From NCBI GenBank assembly GCA_016795345.1, contig JAEUHO010000268.1:1-42439 (forward strand): 42,439 nt of DNA, read 5' to 3'. Position numbers and translations under genes: made by a program. The stretch comes from Planctomycetia bacterium (GTDB lineage: Bacteria > Planctomycetota > PLA2 > JAEUHO01). Under the pieces are notes generated by a model. That model had not been told where the DNA came from. It saw only the letters and a list, made by a program, of their open reading frames with translations, and searched no databases. Position 1 is the stretch's first letter; every line of letters begins with the position of its first letter. Shown piece after piece: positions 1 through 7,517 of this stretch.

Positions 1-110
1 AGGGCTACGACCCCGTTGTCTCGGTGTCGACAGCGAGACGGAGGGCTACGACCCCGTTGTCTCGGCGTCGACCGCGAGACGGAGGGCTACGACCCCTGGG
101 TCTCGAGGTC
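1..110. repeat. Tandem 41-bp hairpin-repeat array (2 full units plus 1 degenerate unit), cut by the window edge
   Basis: Units 1-41 and 42-82 read AGGGCTACGACCCCGTTGTCTCGG[T/C]GTCGAC[A/C]GCGAGACGG and are 39/41 identical. A third, degenerate unit starts at 83 and contains the hydrolase stop codon (87-89). Each unit carries CGAGAC...GTCTCG stems around a GGGCTACGACCCC core. Confidence 0.85.
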
Positions 111-827
111 GCGGAAGGCGGCGTCGAGTGCGGCGTGCAGGGCGGGCAGGTCGGTGACGCCCGCGCCGGAGGAGCGGCTGAAGAAGTGGTTCAGGCCGGG
201 CAGCACCACCACCCGGGCCCGCGGGCCCGCGTGGCGCTGCACCTCGTGCGGGGGCGCCACCACGTCGTGCTCGCCCACGAGGATGCGCGCCGGGACCGGC
301 ACCCGCTCGAGCCGCTCGATCACGCGCGGGTCCACCGCCGCGTCGCGGATGGGACGCCCGAGGAGGAGGTCGCCGAAGTCGCGCGCGGTCCGCGGGACCC
401 GCGTCGCGGGCGCCGCCAGGACGAGCCCCGCGATCGGCGGCGCCGCCGGCGCGCGCACGGCCTCGAGCCAGAGCCGCGCGCCGTAGGAGAAGCCGGCCCC
501 GTAGCGCGGGAGGCCCTCCGGCGCCCAGCCCGCGACGGCGTCGGACGCCACCACGAGGTCGACGAGGTGCCCGACCGCGTCGTCGACGTCGCCGTCGCTG
601 TGCCGGACGCCGCGGACGTCGAACCGGAGCGCCACGAGGCCCGCCGCGACCCCCCGCTCGGCGATCGCGACCACCACGCTGTGGTCCATGTGCCCGCCGT
701 GGCCGGGATGGGGGTGCGACACCGCGATGCTGCCGCGCACCGGGCCCGTCGGACGCATCAGCACGGCGTCGAGCCGGTGTCCGTCGGAGTCGAGGATCCG
801 CGGCTCGCTCGTGTAGGTCGCGGTCAC
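87..827 (-). CDS. Alpha/beta-fold hydrolase (small COG2945-like esterase family)
   Basis: This is the last 246 codons of ORF 87..2192(-). The upstream part of that ORF is R/G/P-rich shadow sequence. GTG at 825-827 overlaps the TGA (824-826) of the upstream ParA-like gene (GTGA coupling). The protein VTATYTSEPRILDSDGHRLDAVLMRP... contains a G-F-S-Y-G nucleophile elbow and an HPHPGHGG segment. Confidence 0.75.
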   Translation of the reverse strand: MTATYTSEPRILDSDGHRLDAVLMRPTGPVRGSIAVSHPHPGHGGHMDHSVVVAIAERGVAAGLVALRFDVRGVRHSDGDVDDAVGHLVDLVVASDAVAGWAPEGLPRYGAGFSYGARLWLEAVRAPAAPPIAGLVLAAPATRVPRTARDFGDLLLGRPIRDAAVDPRVIERLERVPVPARILVGEHDVVAPPHEVQRHAGPRARVVVLPGLNHFFSRSSGAGVTDLPALHAALDAAFRDLETQGS

Positions 828-2593
828 GGGGCCGGCCGGCCGTTCGCGCGGGACGTCGCGGGCGGGCGCAGCGGCATCCGCGCGAGCCCCAACGGACGCC
901 CCGGCTTCAGCACGGGCAGCGCCGGGACCGGCCGGCGCGGCGCCGCGGCCGCGACGACCTCGGGCGCGGGCGCGACCACCGGCGGCGCGGCGGTGGGCAC
1001 GTCGGCGGCCGAGACGTTCGACGCGGGGACGTCCGCGGCGGGGACCTCCGCTGCCGGGGCCTCCGCGGCGGGGACGTCTACGGCAGGGATCTCCGCAGCC
1101 GGCGCTTCCGTCGCCGGGACGTCCGCGGCCGACGGGACGGGCGGCGCCGGCTCGACGGTCGCGGCCCCCGCCGCCAGCGCCTGCGCGACGACCGCGCTCG
1201 CGGCGACGGAGCGCGCGTCCGCAAGCGTGGGGGCCCCGGCGTGCGGGGCGTCGGCGTGCGCGGCGTCGGCGTGCCCGGCGTCGATGTGTGCCGCGTCGAT
1301 GTCGGCCGCGTCGGCGGCGTGGGCCTCGAGGTCGGCGGCCGCGACCGTCGGCGGCTCGTCGATCGTCGCGACCGCGGACGGCGCGGGCGCGGGTTCGGCC
1401 GCCGGCGACGGCGCCACGTGCGCGACGACGACCTCCGCCTCGGGCGCGGCCGCCGGCGTGGGGGGGGGCGCGTCGCCGTCGTGGGGCGGCCCGTCGAGCG
1501 CGGCGCCGTCCGCCGCGGCGGCGGGCACGTCGGCCGCCGGGCCTTGCGTCGGCCGCTCGTTGTGCGCGCCCAGCTTCTTCGTCACCGCGGCCGCCGCCTG
1601 CGCGATCGCGGCCGCGATGCCGCGCTTGGGGGGCGCCTTGGCGGGCGCGGCCGGCGGCGGCGTCGCCGCGGCCGGGACCCCCGCCGCCGAGCCCCCTGCG
1701 GCCGGCGCCGGGGCGCGGGGCGCGGAGGGCGTCGGCGGCGCGGCCGGCGCCACCGCCGCCGCGGCCGGTGCCGCCTCCGGGACCGCCCGCGCGCCCGCGT
1801 CCACCTCGGCGGCGAGGGAGGCGTAGTCGGCGGCGCCGGCGCAGTCGGGTGCGTACTCGAAGATGTGCTTGCCGTAGCTCGGGGCCTCGGCCAAGCGCAC
1901 GTTCGTGCGGATCCGCGTGTCGAAGACGCGCTCGCCGTAGTGCGCGCGCACCTCGTCCATGATCTCGCGGGAGAGGCGGGTCGGGTCGACGAGCGTCGGG
2001 ACGATGCCGCCGAGCACCAGCTGCGGGTTGATGCGGCGGCGCACCAGCTCGATGGTGCGGTCGAGCGCCGAGAGGCCGCGCATCGCGAAGAACTCGGTCT
2101 GCAGCGCGATGAAGACCTCGTTCGCGGCCGCGAGGGCGTTCAGCGAGAGCAGGCCGAGGCTCGGCGGGCAGTCGAGGAAGACGAAGTCCCACGCGTCGGC
2201 CGGGAGCTCGGCGAGCGCGTCGCGCAGCAGGACCTCGCGGCCGATGACCGAGGCGAGGTCGAGCTCGCAGCCGGCCATGTCCTCGTGCGACGGCACGACG
2301 CAGAGGCCCGGGGTGGCGGTCGGCGCGACGGCCTGCGCCACCGGCAGCCCCTCGACGAGCACGTCGTAGACCGACGGCCGGACCGTCCCCGGGGGCGCCT
2401 CGGCGAGCAGGTGGTCCGTCAGGTTGCCCTGCGGGTCCATGTCGACGAGCAGCACCCGACGTCCCCGCAACGCGAGGCCCGCGCCGAGGTTGACGGAGGT
2501 GGTCGTCTTGCCGACGCCGCCCTTCTGGTTGACGACCGCGATGATGCGCACGGGGAGGTTCCGGACCGCGACTCTACGCCCCGGTCGGGACAT
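824..2593 (-). CDS. ParA/Soj/MinD-family ATPase with a ~330-aa Ala/Pro/Asp-rich low-complexity C-terminal tail
   Basis: The N-terminus VRIIAVVNQKGGVGKTTTSVNLGAGLA...VLLVDMDPQGN has the deviant Walker A KGGxGKT of the ParA family. About 260 aa of ATPase domain is followed by a repeat-rich AP tail. The start overlaps the truD 3' end by 20 nt. No parB is present in the window. Confidence 0.85.
   Translation of the reverse strand: MSRPGRRVAVRNLPVRIIAVVNQKGGVGKTTTSVNLGAGLALRGRRVLLVDMDPQGNLTDHLLAEAPPGTVRPSVYDVLVEGLPVAQAVAPTATPGLCVVPSHEDMAGCELDLASVIGREVLLRDALAELPADAWDFVFLDCPPSLGLLSLNALAAANEVFIALQTEFFAMRGLSALDRTIELVRRRINPQLVLGGIVPTLVDPTRLSREIMDEVRAHYGERVFDTRIRTNVRLAEAPSYGKHIFEYAPDCAGAADYASLAAEVDAGARAVPEAAPAAAAVAPAAPPTPSAPRAPAPAAGGSAAGVPAAATPPPAAPAKAPPKRGIAAAIAQAAAAVTKKLGAHNERPTQGPAADVPAAAADGAALDGPPHDGDAPPPTPAAAPEAEVVVAHVAPSPAAEPAPAPSAVATIDEPPTVAAADLEAHAADAADIDAAHIDAGHADAAHADAPHAGAPTLADARSVAASAVVAQALAAGAATVEPAPPVPSAADVPATEAPAAEIPAVDVPAAEAPAAEVPAADVPASNVSAADVPTAAPPVVAPAPEVVAAAAPRRPVPALPVLKPGRPLGLARMPLRPPATSRANGRPAP
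1000..1135 (-). repeat. 15-bp periodic coding repeat (pentapeptide A-A-[E/D]-[V/I/A]-P units) inside the ParA-like tail
   Basis: The plus strand shows about 7 consecutive 15-nt units of the form GCGGGGACGTCCGCG/GCGGGGACCTCCGCT/GCCGGGGCCTCCGCG. On the minus strand these translate as ...ADVPATEAPAAEIPAVDVPAAEAPAAEVPAADVP... Confidence 0.8.
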
Positions 2594-3896
2594 CGGTTGC
2601 CCCGTCGTCCTCCTCGACCGCTTCCTCCACCCCGGCCGGCGCGTCGTCGTCGTCCGCCGGGGGTTCGACCCCCGGTCCGCCGTCGTTCTTCATCAGCTCG
2701 CGGAGCACCACGGTCGCGAACGCGCCGGGGGGGAGGGTGAACCGGGCCACCACCGTCGTCGCGTCCTCGACCTCCAGGGACGCGTCGCGGAGGGGCACGC
2801 GGTACGGGCGCCGGGCGCCGCGGATGCGGACGTTGGGCTTGCGGAAGGCGTCCTCGGTCAGGCCCTCGCCGTCGAGGACGGCCCGCTCGATCGCGAGGGG
2901 CTCGCCCTCGGGTTGGCGCGCGTCGTACCCGGGCAGCGGGCCCGCCGGGGAGGCGCGGAAGTCCGCGGCGAGCGGGGCGTCGGCCTGCGCGTCGCGGACG
3001 AGGAAGAGCGCGCCGCTGTCGTGCAGCCACCCGAGGTCGCCCGGGAGGAGCCGGTCGTGGTCGTCGCGGGCCAGCCGCGCGTCGAGGCAGCGGTTGAACA
3101 GCCACGACTGGTAGGCCGAGACGTAGATCCGGCGCGCGCGTTTGCCGAGGGCCAGGAACGCGTCCTCTGCGGTCCCGCCGCGGAGCAGGGCCGAGATCGC
3201 CTGCTTCTGGACGCGGTGCTTCATCGGGAACAGGTCGAACGCCGCCGCGAGGTCGCCGCGGTCGAACGCCTCGCGCGCCTCGAGCACCCGCGTGTCGCCC
3301 TCGCGGCGGTGGGGGCGCCCGCACAGGTGCGAGAGGAACCCCGCCCAGTCGTCGGTCACGACGGCCCGGCCCAGGAGGTGGCCGTCCTGCTTCAGGCCGA
3401 AGCGCTGGGTGCCGTATGCGTTCGGGACCCCGCGGCGCACGAGGGTCGCCAGGGCCTCGCGGGCCGCGTCGAGGTGCGCGAGGTTCGCGTCGCGCACGCG
3501 GATCGTGAACCGGTTGCCCCGGAGGTGCCCGATCCGGAGGCGCGACGGGTGGCGCTTCGCGGAGAGCACCTTGATCTTCGGGTGCCGGATCGCGAGCAGG
3601 CGCTCCGGCGAGACGCGCTGGACCGACATCAGCTGCCGCGTGACCGCCCGCGCGTCCTTGAGGCCGGCGTACCCGATGCTGTGCTCGCTGACCTTCGCGG
3701 TCTTGCTCACCCAGAGGAGGGCCTCGAACGTGGACGTGCCGCGCTTCTCGAGCTCGAACAGGACGTGCTCGCCCTCGCCCAGCGCCCCGTAGAGGGGCAG
3801 CTCCTCCACGAGGAAGTCGTCGTTCGTCGCCCGGATGCGCCCGCCGACGCCGGGTAGGCCCTCGGTCAGGCGACGGGTGCGGGCCGGGCCGTCCAA
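2574..3896 (-). CDS. truD: tRNA pseudouridine(13) synthase TruD
   Basis: The 440-aa ORF has GEGEHVLFELEKRGTSTFEAL and the GYAGLKDARAVTRQ motif (catalytic Asp context of the TruD family). Overall layout matches TruD, with an acidic C-terminal extension. Apparent TTG start at 3894-3896. Confidence 0.85.
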   Translation of the reverse strand: MDGPARTRRLTEGLPGVGGRIRATNDDFLVEELPLYGALGEGEHVLFELEKRGTSTFEALLWVSKTAKVSEHSIGYAGLKDARAVTRQLMSVQRVSPERLLAIRHPKIKVLSAKRHPSRLRIGHLRGNRFTIRVRDANLAHLDAAREALATLVRRGVPNAYGTQRFGLKQDGHLLGRAVVTDDWAGFLSHLCGRPHRREGDTRVLEAREAFDRGDLAAAFDLFPMKHRVQKQAISALLRGGTAEDAFLALGKRARRIYVSAYQSWLFNRCLDARLARDDHDRLLPGDLGWLHDSGALFLVRDAQADAPLAADFRASPAGPLPGYDARQPEGEPLAIERAVLDGEGLTEDAFRKPNVRIRGARRPYRVPLRDASLEVEDATTVVARFTLPPGAFATVVLRELMKNDGGPGVEPPADDDDAPAGVEEAVEEDDGATDVPTGA

Positions 3897-3968
3897 GGGG
3901 CCGTCAGGGCCTGGGACGAGACGAGCTCGTCGAGCCCGGCCCGGACGACCCTGTCGCGGGAGGGCGCC

Positions 3969-5426
3969 TCACTTGGGCTCTTCGAGGATGCGGAACGACT
4001 TGAAGATCTCGGCCACGTCGGCCTTGTACTTCTCGAAGCCGTCCTTGCGCGCGGTCACGCGCATGACGAAGGTCCGCGCGTCGTACGTGAACGTCCACTG
4101 GCACTGGATGTCGGTGCCGACGCGGGCGAGGTTGCCCCGCATGCCCCAGCGCCACGCCTCCTTCACGCGCTGCCCGCCGACCTTCGCCGCCTTCACCTCG
4201 GTCACCACGCCGAGGCGCTCGACGTCGGCCTTCGACAGGCCGTTCTTGAGGTCGTCGGGCGGCGGGCGCTTGAGCTCCTTCTTCTTCGCGACGTCGGGCA
4301 GCGAGAGGAAGGGCGTCTTCTCGGAGTTCGTCGGGAACGGGATCAGCTCGATGGGGCCCTCGGGGTGGCTGTTGAAGAAGTTGGTCCCGAGGTTCTTCAT
4401 CCAGTCGTCGAGGTCGAACGCGGTCGTGCCCGCGCGGCCGACGCGGTAGACGAGCAGCTCGACGATGCAGTCGCTGCCCGCGTCGACCGCGCTCATGTCG
4501 AAGCCGACGTTGCGGTCGGACTCCTTGCTCCGGTCGAGCTCCTTCAGCTTGAACTTCGCGGGCTTGACGACCTCGAACCCCATGGCGAGGTCCTTGACCG
4601 GCTCGCGCTTGCTCTCGGGCTTGTCGCCCTTCTCGCCGCCGTCGTCCGCCGGCGCCGACGGCGGGGGCTTCTTGGCCGACAGCGCCTCCGACTTCAGCAC
4701 CTCGAACGACAGCTCGATCATGTCGACGTCGTCCTTGAGCTTCTCCCGGTCCTTCGGCGTGGACCAGCGCCAGATCGCGAGGCGCGTGAGCTTCTTGCGC
4801 AGGACGAACACGAACTGCACCGCGACGCAGGGGGCGTCGTTGCCGCCGAGGTTGCCGCTCGGCGCCTCGACGATCAGCTTCGCGGCCGGCAGGCCCGCGA
4901 TCCGCGTCTCGCCCTCGACCTTGTAGGCCGGCCACGCCGCCGGGTCGCGGCCCCAGCGCGACATGACGAGCCGCCGCACGTCGGGGGTCTCGGCCAGCGT
5001 CACCAGCGCCTTGTCGAGCTTGTCGTAGGCCGCGCCGATCCGGGCGTGGAGGTCTTCGGAGACCTCGTCCACCCGCTTGGCCTGCTCCTCGAGCAGCTGC
5101 CAGTCCTTCAGCCAGTCCTCGTACTCGGCGGGCAGGCCCGGCGCCGTCTTCGGGCCGACGTCCTGGACCGACAGCATGAGGCGCGCGCCCTGCCCGGTGC
5201 CGGCGGTGCCGTCGTGCAGCGTCGCGAGCTTGCGCTCGCCCGCCTTGACGACGCCGAGGTCGGCGAAGTGGCTGACGTCGGCGAACTCCCACGAGTCCGG
5301 CATCCGGAGCAGGTAGTTCCCGACGTCGTCGTCGGCCACCTTGTCCGCGACGGCGCGCGGCGCGGGGACGGCCGCGACCACGGCGGCGCAGGCGAGCAGG
5401 AGCAGGGACGATCGGAGACGGCGCAT
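3969..5426 (-). CDS. Secreted protein of unknown function (signal peptide)
   Basis: The true gene is the C-terminal 485 codons of ORF 3969..6929(-). ATG at 5424-5426 gives MRRLRSSLLLLACAAVVAAVPAPRAVADK (classic signal peptide). The composition is Lys/Glu/Asp-rich and protein-like, unlike the R-rich shadow sequence upstream. It contains repeated 'xxxP..W' strand motifs. Confidence 0.75.
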   Translation of the reverse strand: MRRLRSSLLLLACAAVVAAVPAPRAVADKVADDDVGNYLLRMPDSWEFADVSHFADLGVVKAGERKLATLHDGTAGTGQGARLMLSVQDVGPKTAPGLPAEYEDWLKDWQLLEEQAKRVDEVSEDLHARIGAAYDKLDKALVTLAETPDVRRLVMSRWGRDPAAWPAYKVEGETRIAGLPAAKLIVEAPSGNLGGNDAPCVAVQFVFVLRKKLTRLAIWRWSTPKDREKLKDDVDMIELSFEVLKSEALSAKKPPPSAPADDGGEKGDKPESKREPVKDLAMGFEVVKPAKFKLKELDRSKESDRNVGFDMSAVDAGSDCIVELLVYRVGRAGTTAFDLDDWMKNLGTNFFNSHPEGPIELIPFPTNSEKTPFLSLPDVAKKKELKRPPPDDLKNGLSKADVERLGVVTEVKAAKVGGQRVKEAWRWGMRGNLARVGTDIQCQWTFTYDARTFVMRVTARKDGFEKYKADVAEIFKSFRILEEPK

Positions 5427-5476
5427 CGGGTTGCCTCGCGACGGGCCGGGACCGCGGGGCCCGGCGGCCGTCGAGG

Positions 5477-7150
5477 TCACTTGAAGTTGATCGTGTTCTG
5501 GAGGTCCTTCCAGTCGCCGGCGAGCGTCTTCTCGGCGTCCTTCCCGCCGTACTGGGCGCGGATCCAGACGATGTCCTTGCCGGCCTTGACGACCCAGCCC
5601 TTCTCGAGGAACGGGAACCCGTCCTTGTCGCCGCGGAACTCGTAGGTGTGGCCCTTGCCGTTCTTGAAGCTGCCTTCCTTGGAGTTCGCCTTCTCGCCCT
5701 TCCCGCGCGTGTCCGTGTTGGTCAGGTCGGTCTTCCAGTCGTTCTCGTGCTTGTCGATCATCGACTGCAGCGTGAACGGCGGCGAGCCCTTTCCGATCTT
5801 CTCGGCGCTGTCCTTGATGATCGCGACGAACAGGTAGGCGCCCGGCTTGCGCACCTCGGCGGCGAACAGGTAGCCCTGGGCGCCCGAGATGCTCAGCTCG
5901 CCGAACTGCGGCGGCTTCTTCAGGTTGACCGAGCCGATGATCTCGCGCTTCTTGCCCAGGTCGCGCCAGTTCTTGCGGTCGGACGTCGTCGTCTGGAACG
6001 GCGCGAGGAGCGGGCCGCGGATGCCGACGGTCGTGTCGGCCCACGCGAGCCCGTTGACCAGCGCCTTCATGAAGTCCGACTCGGACGACTCGGCGCCCTC
6101 GTGGGCGGTGATCAGGAGGCGGTACAGCTGCTGCTGGAGCGTCACGAAGTAGAAGCGGAAGAACAGCGGCCGGCCGTCCTGGTTGGCCTTGCCGGACAGC
6201 GAGTAGTACGCGCCGCGCGCGTTGCCCACCTTGCAGTCCGCGTCGATGTTCGGGATCGGCGTCCCGTCGAAGTTCTGCTTCGCGAAGTCGTCGAAGTTGC
6301 CGTCGTTCTTGACGATGCCCGCGGGCGGGATGTCGGCCGTGTCCACCTTCGGCAGCGTCAGCTCGGCCACGATCAGCGGCGCGTCGTTGAGCGTGAGCAC
6401 CGCGGCGGCGAGCAGGCCGTTCTGGCCGCGCTCGAGGCCGGGGTTGCCCTGCGGCGCGAAGCCCCACTTCCACACGCGCTCGGGATCGCCGTCCTTCACC
6501 GGCGGCGCCTTGCGCTCGCCGCCCTCGGGCAGCGTCCACGTCAGCCCGACGTTCGGGAACTCGCGCTTCATCGCGTTCGCGGGCGCGCCGCCGCCGTCCG
6601 CGGCCGCCGGCGCCGACAGGACGCGGTACCCCGCGAGCACCTCGTCGATCTCGCTGCCGACGTCGGCGTGCGCGGCGTTGACCGACATCACGCTCACCTG
6701 GTGGTAGTTGTCGCCGACGATCCCCGCGCGCACGAACCACTTGACCGACGAGCCGTTCTCGGCCTTCCCGAGGATCGTCACGGCCTTCGCGCCGACGCCG
6801 GCCCACGACACGTCGTTCTCGTCCACCTCGGTCTCGGTGAGGACCTTCAGCTTGTTGTCCTTCATCATCGAGACGAAGGTGTCGAGCGTGGCGCCGGCGG
6901 CCGGCTTCACGAACACGTTCGCCGTGCACTCGACGCCCGCCGAGACCGGGCGCTTCGCCTTCGCGTGGTAGCCGGCCTCGCGGTCGGAGGCCGACGGCTC
7001 GACCACGTCCCAGGCCGCGGGCAGGGTCCAGGAGAAGTCGTGCTCCTTGTCGGTCACGACCTTCTGCGCGGCGTCCTCCGCGGAGGCGACGCCGCGCAGG
7101 AGGAACGGGACGAGCAGGGCACCGACGAGGGCCGCGAATCGGGTACGCAT
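5477..7150 (-). CDS. Secreted protein of unknown function (signal peptide)
   Basis: This is the C-terminal 557 codons of ORF 5477..7456(-). ATG at 7148-7150 gives MRTRFAALVGALLVPFLLRGVASAED. Globular composition with repeated motifs such as DFSWTLPAAWDV and GLTWTLPEGG. Confidence 0.75.
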   Translation of the reverse strand: MRTRFAALVGALLVPFLLRGVASAEDAAQKVVTDKEHDFSWTLPAAWDVVEPSASDREAGYHAKAKRPVSAGVECTANVFVKPAAGATLDTFVSMMKDNKLKVLTETEVDENDVSWAGVGAKAVTILGKAENGSSVKWFVRAGIVGDNYHQVSVMSVNAAHADVGSEIDEVLAGYRVLSAPAAADGGGAPANAMKREFPNVGLTWTLPEGGERKAPPVKDGDPERVWKWGFAPQGNPGLERGQNGLLAAAVLTLNDAPLIVAELTLPKVDTADIPPAGIVKNDGNFDDFAKQNFDGTPIPNIDADCKVGNARGAYYSLSGKANQDGRPLFFRFYFVTLQQQLYRLLITAHEGAESSESDFMKALVNGLAWADTTVGIRGPLLAPFQTTTSDRKNWRDLGKKREIIGSVNLKKPPQFGELSISGAQGYLFAAEVRKPGAYLFVAIIKDSAEKIGKGSPPFTLQSMIDKHENDWKTDLTNTDTRGKGEKANSKEGSFKNGKGHTYEFRGDKDGFPFLEKGWVVKAGKDIVWIRAQYGGKDAEKTLAGDWKDLQNTINFK

Positions 7151-7363
7151 GGCGAGGGAAGTTCCAGGGGCGCGGCGGATCGCGACGGACCCGGCGCAGC
7201 CCCCGATTCTACCCCCCGCCGGTACCCCCCGGACAGAGGTCGCCCCGCCCGCCCGAGGGGGCGGCGCGGCGAGGGTCGGACCGCGACGATCCCGTCTCCG
7301 GGGAGGGGGGCATCGCGCCTCCCCGCCACCGCGGACCCGCGACGGGACGCGGAGCGATCCTCC

Positions 7364-7447
7364 GGGACGCGAGGCCCGGTCGCCGCCGGCGCGACCGTCG
7401 GCCGCGCGGTCCGCGTGGCGTCGCGTCGGCCGCCGGGCCTCGCGGTC
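7364..7447 (-). terminator. Long imperfect hairpin downstream of gyrA, built from the GACGCGAGGCCCGG repeat motif
   Basis: GGGACGCGAGGCCCGG (7364-7379) pairs with CCGGGCCTCGCGGTC (7433-7447), with a 1-nt bulge and a ~53-nt loop. It lies 70-150 nt 3' of the gyrA stop (7518-7520). There is no U-tract, so terminator function is an inference. Confidence 0.35.
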
Positions 7448-7517
7448 GCGGGACACGACCGCGGCCGCGAGGTCCGGTGGGACCGTCGCGGCCGCGGAGG
7501 GGGAACGGGCGCGGCGG

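Noticed and set aside
1-110. A CRISPR array (regularly spaced palindromic repeats), also considered for 15191-15272
   Set aside because: The 'spacers' between the hairpin cores are only about 10 nt and nearly identical to each other (GTGTCGACAG / GCGTCGACCG). The whole 41-bp unit is the repeat, no unique spacers exist and no cas genes are in the window. It is a tandem REP-like array.
24-2740. Plus-strand ORFs 24..1826, 1241..2740, 1288..1962 and the N-terminal 455 codons of minus ORF 87..2192
   Set aside because: All overlap the ParA-like gene and the hydrolase gene in other frames or on the other strand, and are A/G/R/P low-complexity. The ParA frame carries a clean Walker A ATPase domain, and the hydrolase frame a GxSxG elbow. 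The one residual doubt is which frame is real across the low-complexity tail (827-1813). That is listed as a check.
3969-6929. A single 986-aa protein as given in the track (likewise 5477..7456 as 659 aa)
   Set aside because: The upstream halves are R/G/D-rich shadow sequence overlapping the neighbouring real gene. Clear signal peptides follow internal ATGs at 5426 and 7150, so the genes were trimmed to those starts.
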